NCBI RefSeq assembly: GCF_009914755.1
Contig: NC_060929.1
Direction: 5' to 3' (one strand)
Source of the DNA: the human T2T-CHM13v2.0 reference genome, Homo sapiens
DNA length: 64,000 nt
Part shown: in pieces, positions 1 to 14,030 of the stretch
Layout of the letters: every line of letters begins with the position of its first letter
Position numbering within the stretch: the stretch's first letter is position 1
Translations under genes and position numbers: made by a program
The notes under the pieces: generated by a model
Seen by the model: the letters and a program-made list of their open reading frames with translations, nothing else
Told to the model about the DNA's origin: nothing
Databases searched by the model: none

Positions 1-349
1 AATTAAAATGATATTGGGGCAAGAAAAAAATGAAAATATTATCTCCTTTACTTAGATTTTGAGAATGGGCTAAGAAATAAATACAACAAAAAGGCAACTC
101 TTCATGTTCTCTGTGTTACTTATGAAGGTCCAAAGATATAGCTTGGAAGTAATTCAATAAGATCTCCTCCTCATTCTTTAAATATATTCTGCTGAATAAT
201 TTACTAAAAGTAGTGGTTGAAAACAATCAATTTACCAACATTTTGTTATTAAAAAATGCAATGCCTAAGAAGTATTTTTACATAGTGTGCTATGTATGTT
301 AAATATGCATGCATATGTTATAATTACTTTATATGTATACAAGATAAAG

Positions 350-646
<297 letters not shown>

Positions 647-976
647 GAGACACATATACATTTACATTTATATTGTGTATAATAAATACATATGTTTAAG
701 GATATATGTAGTTTTTAATCAGTACGTACATCTTAATTATCATAGTAATATTATGAATATTTCTAGCTTTGTTTACTTTAGAAAGAATAATGAGACAAAA
801 GAAGCACATCAATTTAAAATAAACAGAACAACTGTGGAAGACCAGATGTGTTATGAGATGCTATGATACTGTTTTTACTTAAGAAGTTATCAGACAATGC
901 TATATTCAGTTTGTTTGGCTATCCTAATATCACAAATATTTGAAATAATACTATTTTGTGACCAATAGTCAATTAA

Positions 977-1296
<320 letters not shown>

Positions 1297-1747
1297 CCTT
1301 TCATTGTTTAATAAAACAATTGTTTTAAGTATCTTGATTGTTAAAACTAAATACATGTATAAACTAAAAATGCCTTCAAGCCCCATTTTGCATCCAAGCT
1401 CGATTTATATTTGTTTATTACAAGTACAGAAACTCCAATATTTTATAAAAATTCTACAATTTATGTTTTAGCAAAAATATTGAGTATTTATACTTTCCAG
1501 TAAATCCTAAATAATATATGTAAATTATAAATTTTAAACTGTATACATCAAAGAGTTTTTCTTTGACAGCTATATTTGGGAATGTGCTTATACATGCACA
1601 TGTGTTTGTGTGTGTTTGACTTACAGTCACTATTCCGGAAAAACAGATTTCAATAAGTCAATATGAAAAGAAAAAAAAGAAGCTAATTTCAGCAAATCAG
1701 GCACCTATGTCCAAGCTACTGTGATATCTAAATGAAAATTAAAGCAC

Positions 1748-2324
1748 TATCTTAGTCCACTGGGCTTTTATAACAAAATTCCATAAACTGTGTGGTTTAT
1801 AAAGAAAAGATATTTATTTCTCACACATTAGGAGACTGGGAAATAGAAAATTAAGATATCAGATTTGGCATCTAGGGAGGAGGGTTAAATTCCTAGTTCA
1901 TAGATAGCACCTTTTTGACGTGTCCTCACGTGATGGAAGGAACAAGGGAATTTTTTCAGACAATTTTATAAGTTCAAGTGAAGTTTTCTTCACAGAGGTA
2001 AACAAATAGTAAATAGTAAAAAAAAAAAAAATCAGTTGTTTTGAAAGTCAACTAGACCATTATATGATAAAAAATATACGATATGTTATCTTTTCTTGAA
2101 GAGTTCATAGTCTATGTATAAAAATATGTTTATTTACAGAGTGAAGCTACTATGCCTTCCACTTCTTAGCCTAACTCCTGTAGCTGTAACAAAATTGAAA
2201 TTCATGAGTGTTCCCCTCTCATGACTAATCACTTCCCAAAGGTCCCAACTCTTAATACCATCACGTTATGAATTAGAATTGGACAAAGTAATTTTGGAGA
2301 AACAGAAACATTGAGACCATAATG
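1748..2324 (-). mobile_element. MLT1A-type MaLR solo LTR, interrupted by a ~227 bp non-LTR insertion (1973-2199)
   Basis: cttagtccactgggcttttataacaaaattccataaactg... and ttcatgag...ctcatgactaatcacttcccaaaggtccca...acattgagaccata follow the MLT1A reverse strand. Confidence 0.85.
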
Positions 2325-2502
2325 AGATGCATCTCTTCATTTTCAACAATTCATTCCCCAAATTAAGTTTTTTGGGCAAAAAAAAATATATTATGAAATA
2401 GTATAACGTTACAAAATTAACACAAATACTAGACTCTAATTCAACATCAGACTTGAGTTATTTACTTCACAAATATGTTTCTTAATATTAACTTTCAGGA
2501 GT

Positions 2503-2825
<323 letters not shown>

Positions 2826-4725
2826 TAGGCAACCCTAGTAACTTCTGAAGAAGAAGACCACTTTCTTCTCCTTAACTGTTTATTTAAACTTTACTAGTTT
2901 TACTTCAGAAACTGTTATTTTATTCATGTTGTTATAATCACCTCCTCTTTTCCTAAATTAAGGTCTATGCCACAAAATTTTATCATGGGTTTAATAGGTG
3001 AAAAACATTCTATTGTCAAACAGATGTGGAAAATATTGGGTTATAGTAAGCTAACCTACCTTCATTTCCCCGGCCTTAGTATATATCAAAAACAAATAAA
3101 GACTTCTACTTTAAAAATCATACATACCATTGTTTTGTGAAATATTATTTTCTCCACTTTCTTGCTTCCAATATAGTTATGTCTGATTTATACCAATAAA
3201 ATATTTATCATAGCCTGGATAATACAATTGTTAGATAGTACTGTTTTCTCCTTTATTCAAAATTTTAATTACCAAAGACAATGAAAGTTTTTATTCAAAA
3301 TTAAATTTTCAGTGTCCTAGTTATCTTCACCAAATATGGAATATATATTGACTTATAAATGAATAACTTAGTCTTTGCGATGATATACATATAAACTATT
3401 TTAATTCTCATCAAATGCTTCTGAAACTGGTCAGACAAGTGTGTTTGGAGTGTTTATTCCATAAACAGACTGGTATTGCTACTTTTGATTTTTTATATAA
3501 GACTCATTAACAATAATATTTAATTTGGAGTTTGGTCCAGGAATATTAAAAAGATCTACACTGGGCAATAGTATTCCAAATCTACAGAAATACAATCATG
3601 TGATTCTCCTTCATAAAGTAGGGCTAAAATAATTATAAGTTGAAATGTTAAAACATTGAATGGTTATATGAGGACAGAGAAATATTTCCTAATTAATTTA
3701 GTCACAGATTAAAAATCCTCCAAATCTTTAGTTTACTATTAAAATGTATTTTATTTCTGAATCAGTTCACTGTTTAAATTCTTACTTTATTTATGAGAGA
3801 GCGTTATTTTCACATCAACTACTAGGTCTCCACGGACTGCTGCTTAAAAGAATCTTGAAAATCAGTTTTAAAGTCTCCTACTAAAGCATATTTCCAATTT
3901 ACCACCTTACTTTTAGCTCAGTCAAATTTTAAAGATAAGGCATAAGGTATAGCTTGATCTAAGTACTGCCTATTTTTCTTGCTTTATTTAGTCCCTAATG
4001 AAGGTTATTCTCAGTTTTAATAATGTTTTTAGGGTGCCATTTGAAAGACTGTTTTTTCCCTCTTATGATGAACTGATGAGTAAATAGTTGATAGAAGCTC
4101 AAGGCTGCAGTTAAGTGCCTACATTAAGGAACTGGGGACTAGAAGAGAGGAGATAGAGAAAATACAAGGCAATGATGAACGTAAAGCAGATCAGTTGGAG
4201 GCAGCAGAAAGTGAGATTTCAGATGTTTCATGTAGAAATAATTGCTTTTCTTGGCTCTTGTTAAAGGATCTTTGAAAGAGGCTCTCAGAGTCTGAACTTA
4301 ATTTCGACGTCTCAGTATATTTGATAATTTTTATTTTTTATTCTATTGTTCCCTTTAAACATTTTATCATTAAAATGTCTAAACGTCTCCCTTATGGCCA
4401 TTATAATAAAAAAAAATTTCCTTGGAAAAATTATGCCATCTTGATGGGATGGCATAATTATGGGTTGAATTTTGACCCCCAAAAAGATATATTAAAGTCT
4501 TAACCCAAAGTACTTCAGAATGTGGTCTTATTTGGCAGCAGAGTCTTTATAGGTGTAATTAGTTAAGATGAGGTCATACTGGGATGCTGTGGGCTCCTGA
4601 TAAAATAAGACTTCGTAAGAAAATGGCTATGTGGAGGCACAGAGGTACACAGGGAAATGCTGAATGAAAACGAAAATGTAGATTAGAGAGACACATCTGC
4701 AAGCCACAGAATGCCAAAGATTGCT

Positions 4726-4770
4726 AAAAACAAAACAAAACAAAACAAAAACAAAACAAAACAAAAAAAC
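4726..4770 (+). repeat. (AAAAC)n microsatellite
   Basis: aaaaacaaaacaaaacaaaacaaaaacaaaacaaaacaaaaaaac seen directly. Confidence 0.9.
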
Positions 4771-4810
4771 CTTAGAATCTAGAAAGAAGCCTGAGAGGAT
4801 TTCTCTACAG

Positions 4811-5111
4811 GTTTTTTTGTTTGTTTGTTTGGTGAGACGGACTCTTGCTCTGTCACCAGGCTGGAGTACAGTGGCGCGATCGCCGCTGACTGCAACCTCC
4901 GCCTCCCGGGTTAAAGCATTCCCCTGCCTCAGCCTCCCAAGTAGCTGGGATTACAGGCACGTACCGCCACACCCGGCTAATTTTTCGTATTTTAGTAGAG
5001 ATGGGGTTTCACTATGTTGGCCAGGATTATCTCAATCTCCTGACCTCGTGATCCACCCACCTCGGCCTCCCAAAGTGCTTGAATTACAGGCGTGAGCCAC
5101 TATACCCAGAC
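4811..5111 (-). mobile_element. Alu SINE, AluSc-like, nested in MLT1C
   Basis: ctctgtcaccaggctgg (1-nt deletion typical of AluSc), gacctcgtgatcc; TSD ttctctacag (4801-4810) / ttccctacag (5112-5121). Confidence 0.95.
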
Positions 5112-5299
5112 TTCCCTACAGATTTTATAGGGAACATGGCCTACCAATAGCTTAATTGCAGAGTTCTAGGTTCCAGAACAGTGAAACAACAAATTTCTGT
5201 GTTTCTAAGCCACCCTGCTTTTGGTACTTTGTTATGGCAACCCAAGGAAACTAATACAATTGATAAACTCAAAAATTAGATTTACAATAAGAATGCTAT

Positions 5300-5665
5300 T
5301 GTATTAGTCCGTTTTCACATTGCTATAAAGACGTAACCAAGAGTGGGTAATTTATAAAGAAAAGGGGTTTAATTGACTCACAGTCCCTCATGGCTGGGGA
5401 GGCCTCAGGAAACTTACAATCATGACAGAAGGTGAATGGGAAGCAAAGATCTTCACATGGTGGCAGGAGACAAAAAAGGGAACAGGGAAAACCGCCATTT
5501 ATATAACCATCAGATCTCGTGAGAACTCACTCACTGTCACTAGAAGAGCATAGGGGAACCGCCCCCATGATCCAATCACCTCCCACCAGATCTATCCCTG
5601 GGCACCAACTGGGGATTACAATTTAAGATCAGATTTGGGTGGGGGCACAGAGCCAAATCATATCA
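5300..5665 (-). mobile_element. THE1 (THE1C/D-like) MaLR solo LTR
   Basis: tgtattagtccgttttcacattgctataaag...ggctggggaggcctcaggaaacttacaatcatg...cacagagccaaatcatatca. Confidence 0.92.
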
Positions 5666-5860
5666 ACTGTATAGTATGATTTTAAAAGGTTGTGCTTTAG
5701 CTAGGGGTTATTAGCGTTTTATGACACAAACGTCACTACAGCTCTTATCTAGTAGTGCTTGAAGAATAGTGAGGACTCTTCAACAAGATTGTATTAACAG
5801 CCTGGTAATTAGACCTAGAGCAAAAACTTAAGGCAATAGACCACATATTTTAAACCAAGA

Positions 5861-6279
5861 TGTTATGGGTTGAACTGTGTTCCCCCACCTCTAAAATGTT
5901 TTGAAGTCCTAATCCCCAGTACCTCAGAACGTGACCTTATTTGGAAAAGGAGTCTTTATAAAGTTAATCAAGTTAAATTATTATGGTAAACCTTGATTGA
6001 ATACTATTGGTGTACGTATAAAGTGTAGAAAATTTGGATACAACCATACCTGCATAGAGGGAAGATAATGTGAAGAGACAAAGAAATAAGATGTCCATCT
6101 ACAAGCCAAAGAGAGAGACGTGGAATAGATCTAACCTTAACAACTCTCACAGGGAATCAGCCCTACTGGCATCTTGATCTCAAACTTCTAGCCTCCACAA
6201 CTGTGACACAAAAAACTTTTGTTGCATAAACCACCCAGTATATGGTACTTTGTTATGGAAGCCCTAGAAAACTAATACA
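5861..6279 (+). mobile_element. MLT1B-like MaLR solo LTR, complete
   Basis: tgttatgggttgaactgtgt ... gccctagaaaactaataca; TG..CA termini; flanks caaga/caagt (4/5 TSD). Confidence 0.9.
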
Positions 6280-6464
6280 CAAGTGATCCTCCAAAACTTT
6301 TTCACTGTGGATTACAAATGGTGGTTCAATACTTAGCCCCTGGGGTGAGCTGATTAGTAATTTATATCCTCTATCACCATCAGATTCCCTTGACAATTCC
6401 ATTGTAATATTCAACATAGAATTAAAGGTAACAGCCAAGATTTTGTTACAAAATTTGTTTCAAA

Positions 6465-6566
6465 TTACGATTATTGAGATGACTAAATAAGTTAAATCAT
6501 GTAATGTGCTCAGAACAAGTGCCCAACACATGGTAGGTGCGATGTTAGAATTAACTGTTAGTTATT
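6465..6566 (+). mobile_element. MIR 3' fragment
   Basis: atgactaaataagttaaatcatgtaatgtgctcagaacaagtgcccaacacatggtaggtgc resembles the MIR tail. Confidence 0.65.
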
Positions 6567-8345
6567 GCCTAAATGCAATTCTGAATTAACTAATAAATAT
6601 ATATTGGTCAGAGCAGCCCACCTAAAATGTAAAATTATTGAAATAATAAATAAAACCTTAATTTGAGAACTCCAATATTTTTCATAAGCATTTCCCTTCT
6701 ATTTAGATCATTTAATCTCATGGTTTTTTCTTTTCTACGTAAAATTTTGGGTGTTTTTTGACCTGCCGCCAGCTTTGAATTACCTGACATTGTTTTGGTT
6801 TTGGTCATCACAGGAACTGGTGGAGGCCAAGGACACACACTGTTTCTTGTTATGCAATTCTAGATACTGTGTACTGACTAACTTCTAGTGGCCTCTTTAA
6901 TTCAGAGTTTTCTCTCTGGCTTCCTAAAGTCAAAACTCATGGAGCATCATCTCTGTTCACCCACTTCTTGTCAGCTCTTGCAGCCATGAATTATTCCCTT
7001 TGACAAATAACATGGTTTTAATTCTCTCTGCATTAAATTAAATTATGCTGATAGAATTCTACCACAGATAAAGATATAGACATACATACAAATCCAGGTA
7101 CCAGCATATCACTACAGAGAATCAGCAGACAGCATGAGAGGAAAACAAAGCTAATACTTCCATTCCCAGTGGTACTTGCTTTGCCTTTTGAGATCCCACA
7201 GTGGAGTAGCACTTTCTGACAATATATCATATTTCCATATTATGTTGATATCCCCCTGTCCACTTGGAAAATATCAAATGGTCTTTATGGTAAAGGTATG
7301 TTATGCTGTTGTTCTTTTCCCCTCCAATTTTCCATGTTTTCCATTTCAATTGAACATTTCTCAGCATTTTTTAAACTTACATTTTGAATGACATTGTAGT
7401 AATTGTCTATTCAATGTCAACACTGATTTCTGCTCTGCAAAAATGACAGAATTGAAATTTAATATTATTCATTTTTCCTTATAAATTTGTCATTCCTAGC
7501 CTATGACAGAGTTCAGCATGTCATAAGTATTTGTAACTGTCCAACACTGACAAGTGGATTGAATAGTATTTCCTAAACAGAAAAATTCTAAAGACTTCAA
7601 CATATGAAAGAAAAGAATCACAACCATTTGACTTCTTTATAAGAAAGTGATTAATTAGACAAAATAATTACCTCTTTAGAAAAATATCTCTTCTCTTACA
7701 AAATGCATCTTCAAGATATAAAACCCTCTAATACTAACAACTAATAATATAAGAATTGTTTTCCCAAAATGAGAACAAGCACTTACACATAAACTTGTTA
7801 CAGTGTTGCTGTACTGGTATCTATTACATTCATTTGTGAAGCTCTCTTTTTCTGTACTTCTTGCTTCAATTTGTGCATAATATTAATGTTTTTATTATGG
7901 TAGGAGGAAAGACAAGAATATGAAATGTTTTATTACTTACTTTCAAATACGTGACATAAATTATCAGATAATACATTCTCAAGTATGCTTCATGATTATA
8001 TAGAAAATCAGAAATTTTAGAATTGAGAGGGACAATATGGATAATCTCCTACCTAACATTATTGTTTGTTTATATCTAATCATAGTTATTCATCAGGAAT
8101 CCAGTATGCATAATATAATACATTCTATTTTTTGAATGATGATGTTATCAAAATACCTTTCATTAAAATGAAAATACTATGACTATGTGTTAATACCTCA
8201 TTCTGGTCCTAGAACATAGTTGAAGCCAGCACAATTATAAGAAGTTTGGATAAGGAATATTTATAAAATATATATAAGAATGCCTGATAAGAATATACAG
8301 CAAAAACATCTAATGTAAAGCATAACAATTTAATATAGTGGATAC

Positions 8346-8793
8346 TGTTAATACCTCACCCAAATCCTTCAGATATGTTTTGTTATCTGTAGGAACATAT
8401 CCAGATATGTATGCATTTGTTTCTTATGTCCTGTGCCCAATTCTGTCTTTGGAAGACTGTCCTTGGACTACTGGAGCTACTTTACCAGCACATGTACAGA
8501 TCCTGTAGCTTCTGTTAGGATATGAATTCTAACCCTCAAAGGTGACCTTGAGGCATGAGGGAGTATAATAAGAGCCTGGAACTGACTCTTAGGTATCTTA
8601 CACTCTAGAGATCACCCTGCAGGCTCAGACTCAGGCTGACACTGCACGAAATTACCACTGAACTTGACTTGTCTCCCTTTCCTATCCTGCTTCCTCTGTC
8701 ACCTACCAGCTTTTCCTGGAACACATTGTTCATAAATCGCTTTACATGTGTTGTCATCTCATGGTCTGCTCCTGGAGAATGCAATATAAGTCA
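8346..8793 (+). mobile_element. LTR16-family (ERVL) solo LTR
   Basis: 3' part cctatcctgcttcc...ttttcctggaacac...ataaatcgc...gtcatctcatggtctgctcctggagaat...taagtca resembles the LTR16 end. Confidence 0.7.
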
Positions 8794-9289
8794 GCTTTCC
8801 ATTAGCAGACCAGAAATTATAAGAATGAGGATAGAAAAATGATAGAAAAATATTAAGGGAAAAATAATAGAAGTTACTTATACAAGAAAACATAAATAAA
8901 TTTAAACATATTTTTAAAAATCTTCCAAGTTTGGAATACTAAATTCCCAATTACAGAGCTGTATGTGAATGAAGTATTTTGAGTCAATAGTTGGAGTAAT
9001 TATCAAAAGTACTATTTGAATAAATAAATGCAGAAAAACTGAACTTGCTAGGTCATATTACTCCTCCTACAAATACTGAACTACTAATGTCACTTGGTTT
9101 AGCAACTAGAAACTTACGGAATATAGGCCTATATCAACAACACCGGGCAATACTGTGTTTAACATATCAAGCATCCAATGTGCAAGAAATACTGAGAGTA
9201 CAACACTTCACGGAAGTTATACCCAACTCATCAAATAATTGTAGTCAAAACTATCATTCAATTAGAAGTGTAAAACAAGAACAGTTTTA

Positions 9290-10000
9290 GACAAGCTAAA
9301 TCTTAGAAAGTTATTCTCAAAAGCTTAGAAATAGAAGAAACTTCCACAAAAAACCTACAGCCAATATAATTCTTAATGGTGAAAGACTGAATGCATTTTC
9401 TTCTAAGACTGGGAACAAGTCAAGAAATTACCTTTGCTATTTCCATTCATCATTATACTACAGGTTCTACTCAGTGCAATAAGGCAAAATAAAAATAATA
9501 ATAAATCAAATAAAATTAAAATGTGTTAAAGCAGTCTTAATAGTGAAATTAAAGCAAAACTTTCTTTACTCCTAGAAGCAGGCATTATTCATAGTAGCCA
9601 AAACCGGAAACAACTCAAATGTCCATCAACTGGTGAATGCATAAACAAAATATGATGTGTCCATATAAAAGAATTTTATTCTTCAACTAAAACATGCTGA
9701 TGCATGCTACATCATGAGTGTACAAAAATGCTTATACTAAATAGACTAAGCCAGTTATTAAATAATACATATGCATGGTTCCATTTACATGAATGTTTCA
9801 CTGGTCAGAAAAATGCATATTTAAAGAGACAGAAATCAGACTAGTATTGACCAGGGCTGGGTCAGGGGGTGGATGGCAGGAAGTAAGAAACGTGGATCAT
9901 CTGCATAAAGGCTCTGGAAAAATATGGGAGATGTTGAAGGTTTAAAATTGAATTGCAACGAAGATCGATGGTTGTACTACTCTATACATTTATTAAAAAT
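9290..10000 (+). mobile_element. Old L1 (L1MB/L1ME) fragments: ORF2 piece and 3' end
   Basis: aaacctacagccaatataattcttaatggtgaaagactgaatgc (ORF2); cattattcatagtagccaaaaccggaaacaactcaaatgtccatcaac (3' region). Confidence 0.75.
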
Positions 10001-10500
10001 CATTCAGCCTTAAAAAAGAATGAGGTCCTGTCATTTGCAACAACATAAATGGAACTAGAGATCATGATGCTAAGTGAAATAAGCCAGGCACAGAAAGACA
10101 AACATTGCATGTTCTCACTTATTTGTTGGATCTAAAAATAAAAACAATTGAACTCATGAACATAGAGAGTAGAAGGGCAGTTACCAGAAGCTGGGAAGGA
10201 TAGTGAGGGGCTTGGGGGTAGGTAGAGATAGTTGATGGGTACGAAAAATAAAAAAGAATGAATAAGACCTACTATTTTATAGCAAAACAGGGTGACTATA
10301 GTCAGTATAACTTAATGGCACATTTTAAAATAACTAAAAGGGTGTAATTGGATTACGTGTAACACAAAGGATACATGCTTGAGGGGATGGATACTCCATT
10401 CTCCATGGTAAGATTATTTCACGTGGCATGCCTGTATCAAAACATCTCATGTATCCCGTAAATATATTCACTTACCATGTACCCACAAAAATAAAATATA
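10001..10500 (+). mobile_element. L1MA2/3-like 3' end, 5'-truncated
   Basis: gtcatttgcaacaacat...aataagacctactatt...gggtgactatagtc...tgcttgaggggatggata...tgtacccacaaaaataaaa. Confidence 0.88.
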
Positions 10501-10547
10501 TAAAATAATTGGGTCGTTTAAAAAATCTAATGTAAATATTAAGGAAT

Positions 10548-10858
10548 TGGCTCATGCCTGTAATCCCAGCATTTTGGGAGCCCAAGGTAGGTGGATCACG
10601 AGGTCAGGAATTCAAGACCAGCCTGGCCAAGATGGTGAAACCCCGTCTTTACTAAAAATACAAAAATTAGCCATGCGTGGTGGCGGTCTCCTATTATCCC
10701 AGCTACTCAGGAGGCTGAGGCAGGAGAATCCCTTGAACCTGGGAGGCAGAGCTAGTAGTGAGCCAAGATCACACCACTGCACTCCAGCCCGGGCGACACA
10801 GCAAGACTCTGTCTCAAAAAAAAAAAAAAAAAAAAAAAGAAAAAGAAAAGAAAAGAAA
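10548..10858 (+). mobile_element. Alu SINE, AluSg-like, slightly 5'-truncated, long A tail
   Basis: tggctcatgcctgtaatccc...ggatcacgaggtcagga...ccagcctggccaagatggtg; poly-A then (GAAAA)n. Confidence 0.95.
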
Positions 10859-11204
10859 TCAAATCAAACCAAATCTGAAAAACAAAACCTCTTTCTAACA
10901 CCAGGGCACATTTAGTATTGCTGTTGAAACATCTAAGTGTGGTAAACACAAAAGAAAAATTGGAGCCAAGAGTTCTAACCCAATTCACAACAGACTGTCG
11001 CAAACTGTTAGCATGGTGTTTCTGTAGTTAGAGAAAATTGTACAGAAAGTACTGGTGGGACTCCTTGAAACACTGTAGAGAAAACTATATGAGCTAAAAA
11101 ACCTGTGGGATTCAGAGAGAACAGTAGTTGTGTTTTGATATTTTTATTACTTTTAATGACTCTAAAGAAGCCTGAGTAAATCCAGATTATATAATATTAT
11201 ATGT

Positions 11205-11335
11205 TAACATATTACAAGGGAGAAACTTGAGTTAAAAAAAAAATAAGTAATTTGCCCAAAGCTGAACATGTATTCAGTTGCAGGTCTAGAACATGAGCCC
11301 ATGTAAATTAAACCTCTAATTCCAGGGCTTGTTTT
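11205..11335 (-). mobile_element. MIR fragment
   Basis: ttacaagggagaaacttgag...aagtaatttgcccaaag MIR core. Confidence 0.6.
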
Positions 11336-11439
11336 GTGATGCTTGCTTTTATAGTATTAAAAAGGAAAAATTAAAAAAAAAGTACGACCTTTGAAATTTC
11401 ATCTTTGAGTTCTACACATGACAGTGTGATAAAAAGATT

Positions 11440-11915
11440 TGCAGCATGTACTGAGTCTGGCACCCTTATGGGTCTGGCGTCTTTCCTCATGCATTCTAGC
11501 AGGAGACGGAAATAAGAAACAAATGTAGGATATATTTAGCACTATGTCACAAATGCTATAAAGAAATGACTTAGATGGTAGTAACCTCAGTAAAAAGACA
11601 GCACTTTAGCTTAAATTTGAATGATGAGAAGAAGCTGCACATATGAAGCCTGAAGCTTACAGAGAGGAATAGTGAATCTTCCAATCAGAAGGAAGTGCAT
11701 GTGCAAAGGCACTGCATCCAGAAATATCAGTGACAAGATGCTAAAAAGTTGCTAGGACAAGGGAAAGGTAGCAGGACAGGAGGCGGGACAAAGACGCAGG
11801 ACCCAATTTTACAAAGCTGCATGGATTATGGCAATGCGTTTATAGTTCATGTAAACAGGAATGGAAAACCTCTGAAAAATGTTTGCAAGGAGGGCTCATG
11901 GTGTGATTTACATTA
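11440..11915 (-). mobile_element. L2 relic
   Basis: Degenerate L2 motifs such as gcatgtgcaaaggcactg and aatggaaaacctctgaaaaatgtttgcaaggagg...gtgatttacatt. Confidence 0.6.
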
Positions 11916-11924
11916 AACAATTCT

Positions 11925-11988
11925 ATTAAAGCTAAATATATATGTATATACCCAGTGACCTAATATTTCCACTTCATATAAATATGCC

Positions 11989-12044
<56 letters not shown>

Positions 12045-12515
12045 CTCCAAAAAACATAAACTAAAATGTTCAGAGCATCCTTATTTGTAATAGTCAAAAC
12101 TTAGGAAACACCCAGATGCCCATCAATACTAAAATGGATAAATAGTGACATAATCATACAGTGAAATACTATGCAGCAATGAAAATAAAAAGACACAACA
12201 GCACAAAACAATATGACTATATTTCACCAATAGCATACTGAGTGAAAGAAGCCAGGCACACACACAAAATATACACAAAATATATACCATATGGTTCTCA
12301 GAATGTAACTATGAAAACAAGCAAAACAGACTTATGCCATTAAAGTCAATACAATATTTAATCTTGGGCTACACAAGGCAAGTCTGCAGTCCTATAATCA
12401 GTTTCTTCATCTAAGTGCTGAGTTTGTGAAAGTAGATAGTGGAAATACCTCAATCTGTAAAACTATGGTATGTTAATTCTTGTGTATATTTTAATAAAAA
12501 TAGAGAAATTTAAAA
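11925..12515 (+). mobile_element. L1ME/L1MD-like 3' region containing a (CA)n tract
   Basis: aatgttcagagcatccttatttgtaatagtcaaaac...gatgcccatcaa...gaaatactatgcagcaatgaaa...actgagtgaaagaagccag. Confidence 0.7.
11991..12038 (+). repeat. (CA)24 microsatellite
   Basis: Uninterrupted CA run. Confidence 0.97.
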
Positions 12516-12789
12516 AAATAAATACTTAAAACTACTTAAACAACTCTTTAGTTGTAAAGAAATTTAAAACAATTGTTAAACTAATAAGATAGGTGGATCT
12601 TATCTATAAATGATTGTTTACAAAGTTATTCACACACTATATATATAAATGATAAATTACAGGTAAATGAATAGATGGATAAGCAGATAGATAATAGAGA
12701 TGAAGACAGACATGCACTGGGTCTTGAATTAAGATGTGTTTCTTATGTATATGTGTTTTAACAAAAAAAAATAGAAAAACTTCTATCTA

Positions 12790-13920
12790 ATCTCCATTAA
12801 TTTTTTGTTATCTAATCTTCATTATTTTATTCCTCTTACTTGCTTTCAATTTTGTTTGCTCTTATTTTTCTTGTATTTTTATAAGATGATACGTTATTTA
12901 CAAACTTTTTTTTAAAGTGGCATTTACAGCTGTAAATTTCTCTCTAAGCAATGTTTTAGTAGCAAGGTGTAAATTTTGGTATGTTGTGTTTTACTTTTCA
13001 TTCATCTCAAAGTATTTTCTAATGTTCCTGTTTATTTCTTCTTTGCCCATTGGTTATTTAATAATGTGTCATTTAACTTCCACATATTTGTGGATTTCCC
13101 AAATTTCTTCATGTTTTTGATTTCTAGTTTCACTTCATTGTCATCAGAGAATTCACTTTCTATGGTTTAAATCCTGTTAAGTCCATCTTGCTTTATGGAC
13201 TTAACCTATGTTCAGTGCTGGAGTATATCCCTTGTGCACTTGGAAGGAATGTGCACTTGGCTGTTGCTAGGTGGAGCCACCTATAGTTGCTTGTTAGTTC
13301 TTAGTGGCTAGTCCAGTTCACCCTGTGTCTTTTAAAATTTCTGCCTAATTTTCTTACTCATTATTAAAAGAGAGTTATTTAGGTCTCCAGATGTTTGTTG
13401 AATTATTGATTTCTCCTTTAAATTCTTTCCATTTTGCCTCATACCTTTTGAGGCTCCACAGACAGGGGTATATATGTTTATAATTGTTGCAACTTCTGGA
13501 TTGATTGAGTCTTTTAACTTTATAAAATTCTTCTCTTGAAATAACATTTTATTTTAAAGTTGATTTTGCTTATTAGTAGAACCACTCCAACTCTCTTCCC
13601 ATTGCTATTTGCCTTCTATCTCTTTTTGCATCCATTAATTTTCAACCAATTTTATCTTTGAATCTGAATTATATAGGAAGTTATAGTCAGATTTTTTACC
13701 CCATATGATGATCTCTGCCCTTTGACTAATTTAATCCTTTAAATTTTATGTTGATTTACATCTGCCATTTTACTTCTTGTGTATTACGTTTCATTTTTAT
13801 GTAAAAGTATGTGGCTTAATTTCCAAATATTTGTGAATTTCTCAAATTTTCAATTTTTTTCAACATTGTTTTTCTTATTGATTTATAATTTAAATACATT
13901 GTGTTCACAGAACATAATTT
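12790..13920 (-). mobile_element. Old L1M fragments (ORF2 5' region, antisense)
   Basis: ggcatttacagctgtaaatttctctctaagca...aaattttggtatgttgtgtttt...atttaacttccacatatttgtggatttccc. Confidence 0.75.
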
Positions 13921-13934
13921 AATACAGCTAATCT

Positions 13935-14030
13935 CTCCCTGGACTTGTGACTTACAGAATTATGAAATAATGTTTGCATAGTTTTAAGCTGCAATGTTTA
14001 TAACTATGTTACCCAATAATAGACAAAATT
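13935..14030 (+). mobile_element. MLT1 LTR 3' fragment
   Basis: ctggacttgtgacttacagaattatgaaataa...gttttaagctgcaatgttt...tgttac. Confidence 0.55.

Larger units (their letters stand above)
4456..5258 (+). mobile_element. MLT1C-like MaLR solo LTR, split by an (AAAAC)n tract and an Alu
   Basis: ttatgggttgaat...aaaaagatat...agttaagatgaggtcatactgg; 3' end ggtactttgttatggcaacccaaggaaactaataca. Confidence 0.85.

Noticed and set aside
4456-6279. MLT1 LTR pair as the two ends of one provirus
   Set aside because: They appear to be different subfamilies (C-like and B-like), the second has its own TSD-like flanks, and no MaLR internal sequence lies between them
13055-13915. Similar sequence at ~13060-13150 and ~13805-13915 as a local duplication
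   Set aside because: The copies are quite diverged and both are L1-derived; two adjacent old L1 fragments explain it, and I cannot show shared private bases
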